Source: Eledone cirrhosa | Lineage: Eukaryota | Assembly: GCA_964016885.1 (NCBI GenBank) | Contig: OZ024740.1 | Location: forward strand, 69,564,001-69,628,000 | Reading direction: 5' to 3' | Length of the DNA stretch: 64,000 nt | In this document: positions 12,208-35,942 of the stretch, piece by piece | How positions within the stretch are numbered: position 1 is the stretch's first letter | Layout: each line of letters begins with the position of its first letter | Position numbers and translations under genes: made by a program | The notes under the pieces: model-generated | The model's database searches: none | What the model was told of the DNA's origin: nothing | What the model saw: the letters and a program-made list of their open reading frames with translations, nothing else

Positions 12208-12742
12208 GAGAAGTATAAATAAGTAAATAAAATAAAATAAAATAAGATAAATAAATACATACACAAGCACATAAACATACACTAGTCACCCAGCAGACAC
12301 AACACTATACACACTAGACACACATCACACATAACACTATACACACACGCAAACGCATGCGCAAAGAAGAGAAAATAAAATAAGATAAACAAACAAGCAA
12401 ATAAATAAATAAATATATAGACAGACTGAACAAAAAAAATGGCGTAGACATACAACACAACAGGAGGAACAATGAATATAACACCACTGACGATGTTGCA
12501 GATGTGCAACGAAAGATTTATGTAAATTATGTAAACTATATATATGTGTTTCTGTCTATATTGTATCTGTATTATTTTTGACCGCCGGTCAGTCAATGGC
12601 AACATTGAGGACCGAGTAAGTTAGATCGCAGATATATATATATAAAAGACAGCGAGAAGCGAAAACCAACCAAACAGTGAGTGTGTTCTGTTATTAATTC
12701 TGGCAATATTACGCAAATATGACCCTCCCAAAATATAACAAT
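12208..12742 (+). mobile_element. 3' UTR/pLTR of the Naiad-like PLE, with HHR-like motif at ~12484-12530
   Basis: CTGACGA-T-GTTGCA GATG TGCAAC-GAAA; similar to 24795-25072; ends in CCCTCCCAAAATATAACAA(TA)n. Confidence 0.8.
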
Positions 12743-12750
12743 ATATATAT

Positions 12751-12929
<179 letters not shown>

Positions 12930-12930
12930 A

Positions 12931-12962
<32 letters not shown>

Positions 12963-12965
<3 letters not shown>

Positions 12966-13942
12966 TCGTTTCTGATTTTGTTAGCAAGATTCTTTATCTG
13001 AATACGTGTGTTGAAACCGATATTGTTATATTTTGGGAGGGTCATGTTGCCAATAAGAAACACACGCACCACTGCGTTCACTTCAATATATTATAATAAA
13101 TTTATAAATTTAGGAATTTTTAAATTTCCGGTTGGTTGGTTGGTTCCACAACCAGATGGTTGTTTATATATTGTCAAAGTTCTTTCGTCACACATTCGGT
13201 GACCTCTTCATTGACTGGGGATTCTTTTCTTTGTTTTTGTGCCTCTCCTTTGTTCTGTCCTACGCCATCTTGTTTCTGTGTGTGTGTTGTGTGCTCACTC
13301 CGCGCATGCGCCACATCCGGGTGTCTGTGTGTGTCTATATTCGTTTATTTATTTGTTTATTTACATGTTACTGGTTGGTTGTTTGTTCTATGTGCGTGTG
13401 TGTTTTCATTTTGTCCTTAATTGTAAGTTGTGATGTTGCTGTTCCACTCATGTTTTCTATTTAATTTTGGTTGTAATTCTTTTATGTTTATTGCCTCTGT
13501 GATTTGTCTAAGCAGTGGAACAGCAACATCACAACTTACAATTAAGGATAAAATGAAAACACACACGCACATAGAACAAACAACCAACCAGTAACATGTA
13601 AATAAACAAATAAATAAACGAATATAGACACACACAGACACCCGGATGTGGCGCATGCGCAGACTGAGCACACAGCACACACACAGAAATAAGATGGCGT
13701 AGGACAGAACAAAGGAGAGGCACAAAAACAAAGAAAATAATCCCCAGTCACTGAATAGGTCACAGAATGTGTGACGAAAGAACTTTGACAATATATAAAC
13801 AACCATCTGGTTGTAGAACCAACCAACCAACCGGAAATTTATAAATTCCTAAATTTATAAATTTATATTATATTAAATTCAAGTGAAAAGCATGGTCCGT
13901 GTGTTTCTTATTGGCAACATGACCCTCCCAAAGTATAACAAT
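12963..13942. mobile_element. Fold-back 3' end of a related Naiad-like PLE (minus-strand 3' end 12963-13510 plus inverted copy 13512-13942)
   Basis: Minus-strand RQITEAINIKELQPKLNRKHEWN matches the C-terminus of the 9550 ORF; ~420-bp inverted arms; HHR GTCA-(C/A)TGAA(G/T)A-G-GTCAC..GTGAC-GAAA-GAAC-TT-TGAC at 13747-13789 (+) and 13171-13216 (-). Confidence 0.88.
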
Positions 13943-13964
13943 ATATATATATATATATATATAT

Positions 13965-15822
13965 GTGTAAGTATGCATGTATACGTACATACATATATGT
14001 ATACAGACGTACAGTAGCATGCACATATATATATATATACATATATACATACATATGCATACAGGTACACATACATATATGCACGTATCAGTTTAGCGGC
14101 GCTAACGTCGCTTTGTTCGTTTGTAAACAAACTGAACAGCCTGAATTTATGCCATACGGTGTTAAGGCAACCACGTCACCTTTTTGTTCAACACTGACAC
14201 AGGAACGATGTACTAGTTTCAAGCTTGTTAGCTATCATCAGCACCGTTTACCCATCTGCCAGATAGTTGAACGTTCGAAAGTATATACTTTCCTTATGAA
14301 AATTAACGGCTGAGCAGCCTAATTTGCATATTGAGTGAGTTAAATCGGTCAGGCATACCGAAAACGATAAATTGAAACAAAATGAAAACGAAATTTCATT
14401 TCTCACTCTTAGTATGGCACTTACTTAAATGTAAGTATGCATGTATACGTACATACATATATGTATACAGACGTACAGTAGCATGCACATATATATATAT
14501 ATATACATACATATGCATACAGGTACACATACATATATGCACGTATCAGTTTAGCGGCGCTAACGTCGCTTTGTTCGTTTGTAAACAAACTGAACAGCCT
14601 GAATTTATGCCATACGGTGTTAAGGCAACCACGTCACCTTTTTGTTCAACACTGACACAGGAACGATGTACTAGTTTCAAGCTTGTTAGCTATCATCAGC
14701 ACCGTTTACCCATCTGCCAGATAGTTGAACGTTCGAAAGTATATACTTTCCTTATGAAAATTAACGGCTGAGCAGCCTAATTTGCATATTGAGTGAGTTA
14801 AATCGGTCAGGCATACCGAAAACGATAAATTGAAACAAAATGAAAACGAAATTTCATTTCTCACTCTTAGTATGGCACTTACTTAAATGTAAGTATGCAT
14901 GTATACGTACATACATATATGTATACAGACGTACAGTAGCATGCACATATATATATATATATACATATATACATACATATGCATACAGGTACACATACAT
15001 ATATGCACGTATCAGTTTAGCGGCGCTAACGTCGCTTTGTTCGTTTGTAAACAAACTGAACAGCCTGAATTTATGCCATACGGTGTTAAGGCAACCACGT
15101 CACCTTTTTGTTCAACACTGACACAGGAACGATGTACTAGTTTCAAGCTTGTTAACTATCATCAGCACCGTTTACCCATCTGCCAGATAGTTGAACGTTC
15201 GAAAGTATATACTTTCCTTATGAAAATTAACGGCTGAGCAGCCTAATTTGCATATTGAGTGAGTTAAATCGGTCAGGCATACCGAAAACGATAAATTGAA
15301 ACAAAATGAAAACGAAATTTCATTTCTCACTCTTAGTATGGCACTTACTTAAATGTAAGTATGCATGTATACGTACATACATATATGTATACAGACGTAC
15401 AGTAGCATGCACATATATATATATATATATACATATATACATACATATGCATACAGGTACACATACATATATGCACGTATCAGTTTAGCGGCGCTAACGT
15501 CGCTTTGTTCGTTTGTAAACAAACTGAACAGCCTGAATTTATGCCATACGGTGTTAAGGCAACCACGTCACCTTTTTGTTCAACACTGACACAGGAACAA
15601 TGTACTAGTTTCAAGCTTGTTAGCTATCATCAGCACCGTTTACCCATCTGCCAGATAGTTGAACGTTCGAAAGTATATACTTTCCTTATGAAAATTAACG
15701 GCTGAGCAGCCTAATTTGCATATTGAGTGAGTTAAATCGGTCAGGCATACCGAAAACGATAAATTGAAACAAAATGAAAACGAAATTTCATTTCTCACTC
15801 TTAGTATGGCACTTATTAAATG

Positions 15823-15825
<3 letters not shown>
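13965..15825 (-). repeat. Block 1 of the HHR satellite: 4 monomers (~458-468 bp), ribozyme on the minus strand
   Basis: ORF-track periodicity 14313/14771/15237/15705; near-identical units. Confidence 0.95.
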
Positions 15826-22871
<7,046 letters not shown>

Positions 22872-23689
22872 AAGACAGGTGAAAGCTTAGTAAAATCGAA
22901 TCTCTGGCTGTGGCCAAGCTAACGAACTACAATTAGGAACGTGAAGCAAAGCACCCAATAAGGTTGTAGGCCTTAGAGTAATAACATACGTTTAGACAGC
23001 TTGACAGATGGAAAATTGCGGCAGGCAAACCTAGCCATACAATACCAAACCAACATAGATAGATATATAAATGTATGTGTGTGTGTTTGTGTGTGTGTAT
23101 GCGCGCGTCTGTGTGTGTATGCGTGTGTCTGTGTCTGCCTGAATGTCTATGTATAGAGATAGAGAAAAGAGGTAGGGAAAGATAGTGTATAATATGTCGT
23201 TATCTGGTTGAAGCAGAGATTGCTTAATGCATGGATTAGATCCATAAAAACTTGATATTATATATAGCTATGACATGACACACTAGATTCTCTAATCAAT
23301 ACAAAGATATATATTGAAAAGAATACTTTCTCAGATTTGTGGATTTACAATACTTACTTTACTACATTTTCGTCAATGGTTTGATCATTTATTGTGAGAT
23401 TACTCAGATGATATACTAATTTCTAATATGGATCCATGGAAACCGGATTATAGAAGAAGCTTTGAATTGACACTCGACATAAATGTTTAGTGATCCGTCT
23501 CGGTATTTGTCAGTAGATTTCATCAACACATCAGATACCGTATATGCATGCATGGTGCTGTAACACCTGATGGAAGCTCTGGGGCGCCGTATTGGCATGG
23601 GGTATTTTTAAACCTGGCGGCGCTCATCCCTTCTCCAGGTCTGAACATAGTAGATTTCTTCCGGAGAATGGTTGAGAGTAAGAGAAAGG

Positions 23690-23875
23690 AAAAATGCGAA
23701 AGTGATATAGAGGTAGAATCTACACCAGTAGCGGATTGTTATTTTTTATCGACATTGAAAGGATGAAAGACAAAGTTGAGACTGCGGGATTTGAACTCCG
23801 AGATCAGAGAGTCGGAACGAATATCGCAAAACATTCTCTCCGACGTTCTAACAACTCTTCCAATTCGCCACCTTC
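23690..23875 (-). mobile_element. tRNA-derived SINE family 2 (copies also at ~35450-35630 -, ~55780-55930 +, ~58500-58670 -)
   Basis: Shared TTTATCGAC..GATGAAAGGCAAAGTT..GGCGGGATTTGAACTC (reverse B box GAGTTCAAATCC). Confidence 0.7.
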
Positions 23876-24260
23876 AGTTACCTTATATATTCGTGTAAAA
23901 TAAGTCCTATGTAAAAGTGGAACCAATTTATTGACAAAAGAATATCGAACATATCTATATATATTAACGGAAATCGACCGTAGACAATAGATTAAGATTG
24001 ATGAATCGGGGTATCATACTGCCCATAAATGGTACGCTGCCAACATTAGATTTTTCCACATTATCATGATTGGTGTACGCAAGCGAAAATATTTCAAAGA
24101 ATTATATTATTTATGTGTTTTAGGAAGTAAGAAATAAGTCTTAATGACAAATTTTTTCCATCTCCAAGATCATTTTCTGAAACCGATTTTCTTAATTGTT
24201 ATTTATAATAATCAATATTTATTGTAGTCATTTGTCCTGCGACGTATATGTTTCAAAAAG

Positions 24261-24391
<131 letters not shown>

Positions 24392-24404
24392 TGTGTGAGT
24401 GTGT

Positions 24405-24613
24405 GAATTTGTTTTGCAAGGTTTTTTATATGAAATCGTGTTTCGAAACAGATATTGTCATAATTGGGAAGGGTCATATTGTTGTAATATTGCCAGAAAT
24501 AATAACAGAACACATTCACTGTTTGGTTGGTTTTCGCTTCTGTATCTTTTATAGCTCCATGGTTAATTTATTTGGCAATCAATGTTTATCATTGATTGAG
24601 CAACGGTTAAAAA

Positions 24614-24690
<77 letters not shown>

Positions 24691-25068
24691 TATCAAAGTT
24701 CTTTCGTTGCACATCTGCAACATCATCAGTGGTACTATTATGTTCCTCTTGTTGTATTGTATGTCTACTCCATTTATTGTATGTCTACGCCTTTTATGGC
24801 GTAGACATACAATACAACAGGAGGAAACATAATAGTACCACTGATGATGTTGCAGATGTGCAACGAAAGAACTTTGATAGACTATATACATGTATTTATA
24901 TCAGTATCTTTAACCGCTGGCCAATCAATGGTAAACATTGATTGCCAAATAAATTAACTATGGAGAGGAGATATAAAAGATAAAGAAGCGAAAACCAACC
25001 AAACAGTGAGTGTGTTCTGTTATTATTTCTGGCAATAGTATTACAACAATATGACCCTTCCCAAGTAT

Positions 25069-25072
<4 letters not shown>
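24405..25072. mobile_element. Solo Naiad-like pLTR fold-back with HHRs (24832-24885 +, 24685-24738 -)
   Basis: Inverted arms centred at ~24793; similar to 12440-12742; CTGATGA-T-GTTGCA GATG TGCAAC-GAAA-GAAC-TT. Confidence 0.85.
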
Positions 25073-25167
<95 letters not shown>

Positions 25168-25374
25168 TAACGAAGGAAATGTGGTAAGGAACTAGGTGGA
25201 CCATAACGCACCAAAGTACTCAATACTTAGGGTAGTAGAGTGGGTAATAGGAATAAGTAGAACGACGAGTAGTCCAGAATTAGCCGTCGAAACGGCTTGA
25301 GCTCAGCCGTCGGGGTCCTACTCGTTCCTATATAGATATATATAGATATAGATATAGATATAGATATAGATATA

Positions 25375-26700
25375 CTCTTCTTCTTCGAGTACTTATTCCT
25401 GAGAGGGACGTGGGGTCAGTAAACACTCCTTCCAGTGGGTCTTGTCAGAAGCAACCATCACCAACTTATCCGGTTGGATCCACAAGCGAGGCTAGCTAGT
25501 CTCATGGATGCTATCCAACTTATTTGCTCGAGGTTTAACCGGAAAATATGTCCAGTGGTACTTTCCTAAAACTTTATAACCACATACCCATAGTATCGGA
25601 GCTGTGATCTTTCAATTCGTAGAGTTAGTGGCTGTACCTGAAGTGAGTCTCTGATTTATGAGCTGCGCACTCTGGCATGTAACGTTACTCCGAAGACCTT
25701 TCGTTGAACCATATTACGATCACTTTTATTCGCGATCTTATTCTTTCGGTCATTAACCAAGATTCATGACCATAGTTAAGAGTTGGCATAAATACCGAAA
25801 TGAATATATTGGGTTTGGCTTTTACACCTACTTCCTTTCTTCTGATTACCGAATGCTGCAGCTGACGCATTACTGCACCAGCTCCTGCAATTCTTTGAAT
25901 TAATTCAGCTTCCTACTTTAAATCACTATTGAACATGGCCTCGAGATCCTTGAACTCCTCTACTTGTTTGAGTGGAACTCCACTCACATGTAGAGTGCAC
26001 TGTGCAGACTTCTTTGAGATCGAATGTCTCTGTTTTCGCAGCACTTATTTTCATTCCACCCATGCATCACTCGCCATCAAACCTATCAGGTGCAAGTCAG
26101 AGATCACCTTTTGTCAATTGTAGCAACATCATGCCGTCTGCAAATTTCAATCGACGGATTTTACATATGCCAGTTATGACAACACTTCCATTCTTGCTGC
26201 TCATATCAATCCTGTTCATGAAAATCATAAACAGTAAATGTGACAGTACGCAACCTTGACGGACTCCGACTTCCACATTGAATAGTTTCGATTAGGCAAA
26301 GTTTATCCGAAAACAAATACTCTGGCATTCGTATAGAGATATCAAGGCAGCAAGAACCTGACCATCGATTGCATAAACCTGCACAACCTTCCACGGCAAT
26401 CCCGAGGATCGCGGTTATGTGCCTTTTCGATGTCTGCAAAACAAAAATATACCTCTTGGCAACATGCTCGTGATTTCTCGAAGTCCTACCGCGGTGTGAA
26501 TATTTGGTCGGCTGTGCTGGGACCGGAGTGAAGACCACACTGTTCATCAACTAGCTTGGATTCGACATCACAATGTCCCTACATCTCTTTGCCAGACACT
26601 TAGCATGGACTTTATCGGGGAGGCTTATCAAAGAAATCCCCCTGTAACTGGAACAATCTCTTTTGTATCCTTTGTGGAAACTTGGGTTATCACTCCCTAT
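25375..26700 (-). pseudogene. Degenerate RTE-clade LINE RT 3' fragment
   Basis: Minus-strand peptides VGVRQGCVLSHLLFMIFM and PTLNYGHESWLMTERIRSRI; short (GAA)n 3' end; frameshifts. Confidence 0.75.
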
Positions 26701-29700
26701 TGGCATTGCTTAATTTTCTTCCCAGAGATGTATATATATATATTACACCTCTATTCTTTTAACTATATATATATATATATATATATATTAATCTGTAAAT
26801 ATGAGTGAATATTGTTTCCTATATGTTTGTCCAATAGTCATTATTCAGTCACGATCTCGTCCCTCTTTCTTTCTCTCATGTTCTTCTCCTTCCATTTTAA
26901 TGCATTTGTCACTTTTTACACTTTAAAATTATGCTTTATTTTCTTTTGGAAAGTATAATATATTGTCGGTAAATGTATCTGTCTAGACTGGTTTGTGGGT
27001 TAGCATATGCATTATATGTTTAAAGTATTAGGGGTGGATCATTACTTATTTTATGCTCGATAAACTACGAGAGAAAAATATAGTTCATTCTTTATTCATT
27101 TTATTGGTGTTACACTTAATACCAGCTTAATGTGTGTTCGAATGGGTGATAGATGTAAAAGAGGTAATTTCTCGGAGCAAATGTAGTGGTGAATACTGGA
27201 GACAACATAATCGACATTACTCTCCACACAAGTCATTAGCCTTGTTTCGAAATTAGAAATCATTATTCGTCGTGGCTGACTTTGTTCTGAGTTTAAATCT
27301 TTGGGGGTTAACTCTTGTTGTTCAACCTTTCGGAGTCACTAAATATAACACCAAAGAAGAGTGCTGAGTTGGCTGAACTGTTAGCGCTATATCATATATC
27401 CATTTTCAATCTGATTTCACATACTCCCTCATTAGTTCCAAGCTGTAAGGAAGTTTGCTTTCACATTGGACAGCGTCGGTGGCGTGGAGAATGGAAACTT
27501 GCCAATGCGTTTACTTTAGAGAGGAACATTTCAACTTGAAACCCCTGTTAACTAAAGAGAGGCATTATTAAGTTATACGTGTCATGCGACTACTACTTTG
27601 CATGAAATATATACACAGCGAAATTATTCTAATTGTAAAACATATAACTATTAATACCCTGAAAAACAACTCTACATATTTCAAAGTTTTAATTTCAGTG
27701 GCCAACATCTTTGTTGGGAATACTTTTGCAAGCTAATTCAAGAATAATGTCATCAAAAAACGAAAGATACATTAGAAATGTTGAAGAATGTGTCTGAAAA
27801 AGAAAGGGCAGAATATTTATGATGGAATAACTTTCATCATTTCTATCTTTCATCATTATTGGCCTGTGGGTAAACGAGAGGAAGAACAACATCAATATGT
27901 GGCCTCCTATTAAATCCGGTTAGATTTCCATATTGCAATCTATGATATGTTTCGACATTAAGTATCATAAACGGTAAGTGATATTTTAAAAAACAATATC
28001 ATGTATAAGTTTTTGTTCAAGCTTCTAACCTAACCATTTTGTGAACAAACAGTAATTTAGTTATATTTTGATATTTTACGAATTGCTTTTCCATTATTCC
28101 ACTTAGAAAATGTATATCATTATTTCCGAATGTATAACTAGAAAATATATAGGTTTCTGATTGGTGTTCGTGACTTTTATCATTTTTTTCCTTCATTTTA
28201 TGCACCGCTAATTTTGTCTTTGATGGCTGTAAGCCCGTGCTGTTACACCAGTCATATTCTCTTTAATAAACACTGCATAACATTTTGCCAATACGTAATT
28301 CAGATTAAACTACATCCAAATGCTAATTGCTACACTATCATATTTTGGAATATTTCCATATCTTTAGAACTGTTAATGTACTCGCTGTAACATAGATAAT
28401 GTTGATACAGAATTATTAGATGTGTAATGGTGTACGAAACCTAACAGTATGGTTTAGTATTATCGAAGTTATTTTTCTTTTTTTGCTTCTACATTTATTT
28501 TAACATTTACTTGAATACGCATGTTAAATACTATCGTGAGAGATAGTATTGCAGGGATCTGGCGCGTAGTTTAAGAAACCTGTGGCATCATGATTTCGAT
28601 TGCTGGTGGTGCTTTGTGTCCTTCAGCTACTCCAGTCTCACTCAACTAGCAAAAATCAATTATACTTGTAATTCGACGGGGTAGCTTTGTCGCATTGTGT
28701 GTCACACTGAATCACCATGAGAACTACGTCATGGGTACACGTGGCTCTGGGATGCTCGCCTATTTACAAGTTAATTTCGCGAGCTTGCTATTCCGTCGAT
28801 CTATCAACTGGAACACTTGACGTTGTAACCGGCGGAGTGCCAGTTTTAGAGTAGTCTTCCTGTGTAAACTAAATTAACGATTCCCTAAAATAATATTTAG
28901 GAGAAATAAGAGGGGCACTGGAAGGCTAGTTGCTAGAACGAGGTCATTGATAATTAAGGTCAGTGAAAGAAGAAAGTTTACAAAATAGAACTTGCTCGTA
29001 AAGTTATCACCTTATTACAAGATGAATAATTAAATAAAATAATAAAGAATTATTAAAATGTAATCATTGATGTAGGATTTTTAGCACATTTGCTGGAGTA
29101 GTGGGGATGAAACATATTCTCTAAAAGGGGACGATATTTTGAGAGCATTTGTGAAAATCTAATCTAATTCATCAAGGCCCCAGTCGTGTTTCTAAGGATA
29201 CAAGAGTGAAACCATATTACGGAAGCAACCACAGTCATTACACATTCACCATACAGGCACATACATGCGCGCAGAAGCACACTTATTTATGTGTCAGATA
29301 AAATGTTATATATATATACTTTGTGTAATTATTGTGTTTACGTCGCAACCTCGCAGTGTCAAGTTCAGTTCTCCTGCGTCGCACCTTAGGCTAGTATCTC
29401 CTAAGACAGCCTTTTGTTGGCCAATACCTTTTGGAAGAAAGCTAGTAAAAAGTGGTATGCATTACCGTCATCATCATGTTGCCTACGTTTTCTACAATGG
29501 CATGGGTTTGTCAACTTGTCAATGTCCGAAACTAGATGGGTGAGATCGCTCTACTATTGTTCCTACATTCCACATTTTGCATGATTACTAAGACTGGATA
29601 CTTTTACCAACGACAACAACCTTACAATGCACCTTGTACATTGTGCTGTGTGTGTGTTGGTATTTGTGCCGTAACGTAGCAGCTCGGCAAGCAGATTCCC

Positions 29701-29827
29701 ATAAATAAAGTACTTCATTCATTATGATCGACTATATCATGTTAAGGTAATGCATGGCCGTAGCCTAATGACAGAAATCAGTAAAAGAATAAAGGAAGAA
29801 TACTAAGAAAAGTAATTGCTGCATTTA

Positions 29828-30032
29828 TCTATCTATCTATCAATATACAACTAAAACTCTGTGATTGCTTACTTGTTTGCTTGTCTATATGTAATACAGC
29901 CAAAACGGCGCATAATGGGAAAATACTTTGAAAGGAAGTTGCCCTGAATGGGGAATATGAATTGAATAAAACAAGTATCGCGTAAATCAAAGCATGGGTT
30001 CCCGAGATATGGGGTTTTCCGGGTACCTTCAT

Positions 30033-30105
<73 letters not shown>

Positions 30106-31782
30106 GTGAGAGAGTGAGAGAGAGAGAGAGATGGTGAAGTTGTGTATATATATATATGTGTCATTGTGTGTGTGTATATAGATCACAGACACTCACATAT
30201 ACATATATATATACTGTATATATATTTATTAAAATAACAGATTAAAGTGTAAGCAAAGAATCGCTGCTTTCACCCTTAACGAGATCTTCTGAAACTGGTT
30301 AGTTTCAGAAGATCCCGTTAAGGGTGAAAGCACCGATTCTTTGCTTAAACTTTAATCTGTTATTTTAATAAATATTTGCTCTACGGTTCTTATATATTTG
30401 ATATATAATTATCCTTATCGAGCCCTTTTTGGATTTTAGTCTTCAAATTTATTATTATTACTATATATATATATATACACACATACATATATATGTATAC
30501 ACACACACGCATTTATATATATACACACACGTATATATATATGGCCCTTCCAGTTTCATTTCACAGTATATACATGTCTATATTTTAATTATTTAAAAAT
30601 TATTTTTAAGCGAACATGATTTTTAAAAAATATTTTGTAGTGAACGTGACCCAACGAATCACTACAAAATATGTGATTGCTTGCTTGCTTGCTTGATTGC
30701 TTGCTTGCTCGTCTGTAATGTAATACAGCCAAAAGGGCGCATAAAGGGAAAATACTTTGAAAGCAAGTTGCTCCTGAAATGGGAATACAAATGGAATAAA
30801 ACAAGTTATCGCGTAAATCGAAGTACGGGTTCCCGAGATATGTGGTTTTTTTCGGGTACCTTCATAAATAGCCAAAACGGGGCATAATGGAAAAATACTC
30901 CGAAAGTAACATTACCCTGCAAACCTTCACAAATATCAAAAAACGAAGCATAATGGGAAAATACTCCGAAATTAAAATAACCCTGAAATGGGAATACAAA
31001 CGGAATAAAACAAGTTTGGCCTAAATCAGGCATAGGCAATATTTTTATTATTCAAAAAATATTTTTAAGTGAATCGGATTTTTAAAATACATTAAAAACA
31101 TTTTTGTCAGTGATTTGTCAGTGAATATGATTTCAAAAATATTAGTTGTTTGTACCTTAAGTCTGTATATTTCAAGTTTCTTTAAACAGACGATATTTTA
31201 ATTATTAGAAAAAGCATTTTTAAGTGAATATAGTTAAAAAATACGAATTATTTTTACAGTAAATGTTTATATTTTTGCTTTTGTTAAACAGAATATTTTA
31301 ATTATTTAGAAATATTTTTAAGTGAATGTGATTCCGAAACTACAAGTTCTTCCTACAGCAAATATATATATTTTAACTTTCTTTACACAGACAATATATA
31401 TTTTTTTTTAATCGAAAATACAAGTTGTTTGTACAGTAAGTATTTATATTTTAGCTTTCTTTACACAGACAATGTTTAAATTTTTTTTATCGAAAATATC
31501 GAAGATGTGGCGTTCTCTGGGTACCTTCACAAATAGAGAGAGGGAATGATAGAGAGAAAGAGATAGTGGTTGTGAGAGAGTAGATTCAGAGAGAAAAAAG
31601 AGAGGGAGAGAGAAGGAGGCAAAGAAGGAGAATGGGGGAGAGAGAGAGAGAGCTGGTCGAATTGTTACCTATATATATATACGTGGGTGTGTGTTTATAT
31701 ATGTGTATGTGTGTCTATGACCAGTGTGTATAGATCACAGGCACCCACATATATATATACACTCACATACATACACACACAC

Positions 31783-31845
<63 letters not shown>

Positions 31846-32806
31846 CATACACATAGGTATATATATCTATATTGGCCTTCCAGTTTCATTTCACATTATA
31901 TACATGTCTGTGTATATTTTAATTATTTAAAAATCATTTTGAAGAGAACGTGACCTAAGGGATCACAAGTGGTCTAGAATACTACTAAAACTTCTGATTG
32001 CTTGTTTATCTGTAATGTAATACCGCCAAAAGGGCACATAATGGGAAAATGCTTGGAAAGGAAGTTTACCCTGAAATGGGGATACAAATGGAATAAAACA
32101 ACTTTCGCGCAAATCCGAACACGGGTTCCCGAGATATGGGGTTTTTCCGGGAGCCTTCATAAACAGAGAGAAAGAGAGAACGATAGAGAGAAAGAGATAG
32201 CGGTTGTGGGATAGTAGATTGAAAGAGAGACATAGAGAGAGGAGACAAAGAAAGAGAATGTAAGAGAGAGAGAGAGAGCTAGTGGTGTTGTTCTGTATGT
32301 ATATATATGTGTGTGTGAGTGTGTGTGTATATATATATAAATATGTTTGTGTATTTGTGTGTCTATGACCAGTGTATATAGATCACAGACACCTACATAT
32401 CTGTACATACACGCATATATATATATATATGGGCCGTCCAATTTCATTTCACATTATATAAATGTCTGTGTATATTTTAATTATTTAAAAATTATTTTTA
32501 AGTGAATATGATTTTTAAAAAAAATATTTTGAAATAAACGTGACCCAACGTTCTAGTATACTACTAGATTGTGATTGTGTCTTGTCTGTGATTTAATACA
32601 GCCAAAACGGCGCATAATGGCAAAATACATTGAAAAGAAGTTCCCCCTGAAATGGAATAAACAAGTTTTGCGTAGATCGGAGCAAGTGTTCCCGGGTACC
32701 TTCATAAATAGAGAGAGAGAGAAAGTTAGAGAGAAAGAGATGGTGTTTGTGAGAGGGTAGAATGAAAGACAGGCATAGAGAAGGAGAGAGAATGAGACAG
32801 AGAAGA

Positions 32807-32868
<62 letters not shown>

Positions 32869-32875
32869 AGAAAGT

Positions 32876-32906
<31 letters not shown>

Positions 32907-33100
32907 GTGGTGGTGTTGACGAATTTAAGTATGACAGATGACTTCAAAGGATGGAATACAGCATTACTGTATCTAACTCGTATTTGGTTACTGAATAATA
33001 TGTCGTATGTATCATATAACTTGTTTTACGACAGGATGTGTGGAGCGAATATGTCTTGCTGAATAGGAAGGGTTTAGAGTGTGTGTGTATATGTGTGTGG

Positions 33101-33187
<87 letters not shown>

Positions 33188-33478
33188 CATACATCTATAT
33201 ATATACGTGTGTGTGTGTGTGTGTGTGTATAGATATGTGTGTGTATGTATACATATATGTGTGTGTAAGTATATATATATGTATGCACACACATGCATAT
33301 ATATATATATACAGACGCACACAAACATATATATATATATATGGGCCTTCCAATTTCATTTTATATTTTATACATGTCTGTGTATATTTTAATTATTTAA
33401 AAATAATTTTTCAGTGAACATGATTTATTAAAATATTCTTAAATGAACGTGACAACGTTTCACTGGTGGTCGAATATA
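29828..33478 (+). mobile_element. Head-to-tail array of ~4 diverged non-autonomous Helitron-like units (3' fragment also at 55635-55770)
   Basis: Repeated blocks (CAGCCAAAACGGCGCATAATGG; GGGCCTTCCAATTTCATT); units start at ~29830, 30660, 31978 and 32556; junctions CTAG|(T/A)ATACTACTA; (GCTT)n near the 5' end. Confidence 0.55.
30222..30462. mobile_element. pLTR fold-back of the 38160-40735 PLE family
   Basis: Near-identical to 40570-40735, with a 75-bp 5' inversion; inserted in (TA)n. Confidence 0.88.
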
Positions 33479-33491
33479 TATATATATTTAT

Positions 33492-34786
<1,295 letters not shown>

Positions 34787-34868
34787 CCACCGTTAGTTGT
34801 GGGGTCTAGTCTGCAGAAACAGTCCCGAAAACAATGAAATAAAAATTCAAGTCATTAGGAATATACTT

Positions 34869-35010
34869 CACTGCTTTACGATCGTTTCTAGGTTATAATA
34901 ATACATCGTACGCATATTTCGTTATCGATCTATGTAAGGTTAGTTACAAAATATCAAATAAGGAATATATTTTCCTGCGTGTATATCATCAGCCGTTGTC
35001 AAAAGCAATG
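34869..35010 (-). ncRNA. Hammerhead ribozyme with U3-A8 core and ~105-nt stem II (copy at 37386-37527, +)
   Basis: CATTGCTT-TTGACAA-[stem II]-GAAA-CGATCG-TA-AAGCAGTG; 8-bp stem I and palindromic stem III. Confidence 0.7.
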
Positions 35011-35895
35011 ACAATGTTATTCAAAATTGAGTTCTATGACCTGAAGAACAAACCAATCAAATGGTCTTTTGCCATATGATGTTAAGACGATATATAACTC
35101 ACTTTAGTTAAGACAATGACCTTTTGAAAGGAATGGTTGAATGGTGTTAAAAATAGAATTACTATGAAGAACCTATGAAGAAAAGGGATTGTTATATTGA
35201 TAGTTGAATGTAGATGGTGGAGTGAATTTTAGAAAGAGATGTAAAAATTATATGTTGAGTTGTGTTGTATGGGGTTTTAAGGTGAATATAAATAAAGAAA
35301 TATAAAATATACGGAAATAACTAGGATAAATATAGATGGGTAAAGTAATGGTCATAACTAGGAAGGGTGGTATATTAAAAGATGACAATTATAATAAGAT
35401 AATAAAATACAATAATATAATAATATAATATAATGTAATATAATTGATTCTACTTTTGGCACAAGAACAGCAATTACCCAGTGTATTACATGTAATTTAT
35501 TTTATCGACCCCTTAACGATGAAAGGCAAAGTTAACCTCGGCGGGATTCGAACTCAGATCATAAAGGGACGCAACCCTATGCTTCAAAGCATGGCGTCCG
35601 ACTTTCTACCGAATCTGCCAATCCACCGCCTAATATACTGTAATATAATATAGTGCAGTATGGTACAATATATTTAGTATAGTATAGCGTATGATGCGTT
35701 ATAAAATATAAAGTGGGTCTATGCATAAGTAATCAATCCCAAATAAATGCATGTTGACATATAGCCAAAACGCATAATTGTCTTAGTTTATAAAAGTACA
35801 TATACTCACATATATAGATAGAGGTATAATTACATAGATACTCCATTAAAAACATACATACGCATACATAGATATATACATATACATATACATGC

Positions 35896-35935
<40 letters not shown>

Positions 35936-35942
<7 letters not shown>

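Noticed and set aside
9550-12742. Selenoprotein/SECIS, as reported for some Naiad PLEs
   Set aside because: No in-frame TGA in the retained ORF, the stop is TAA, and no convincing SECIS was seen.
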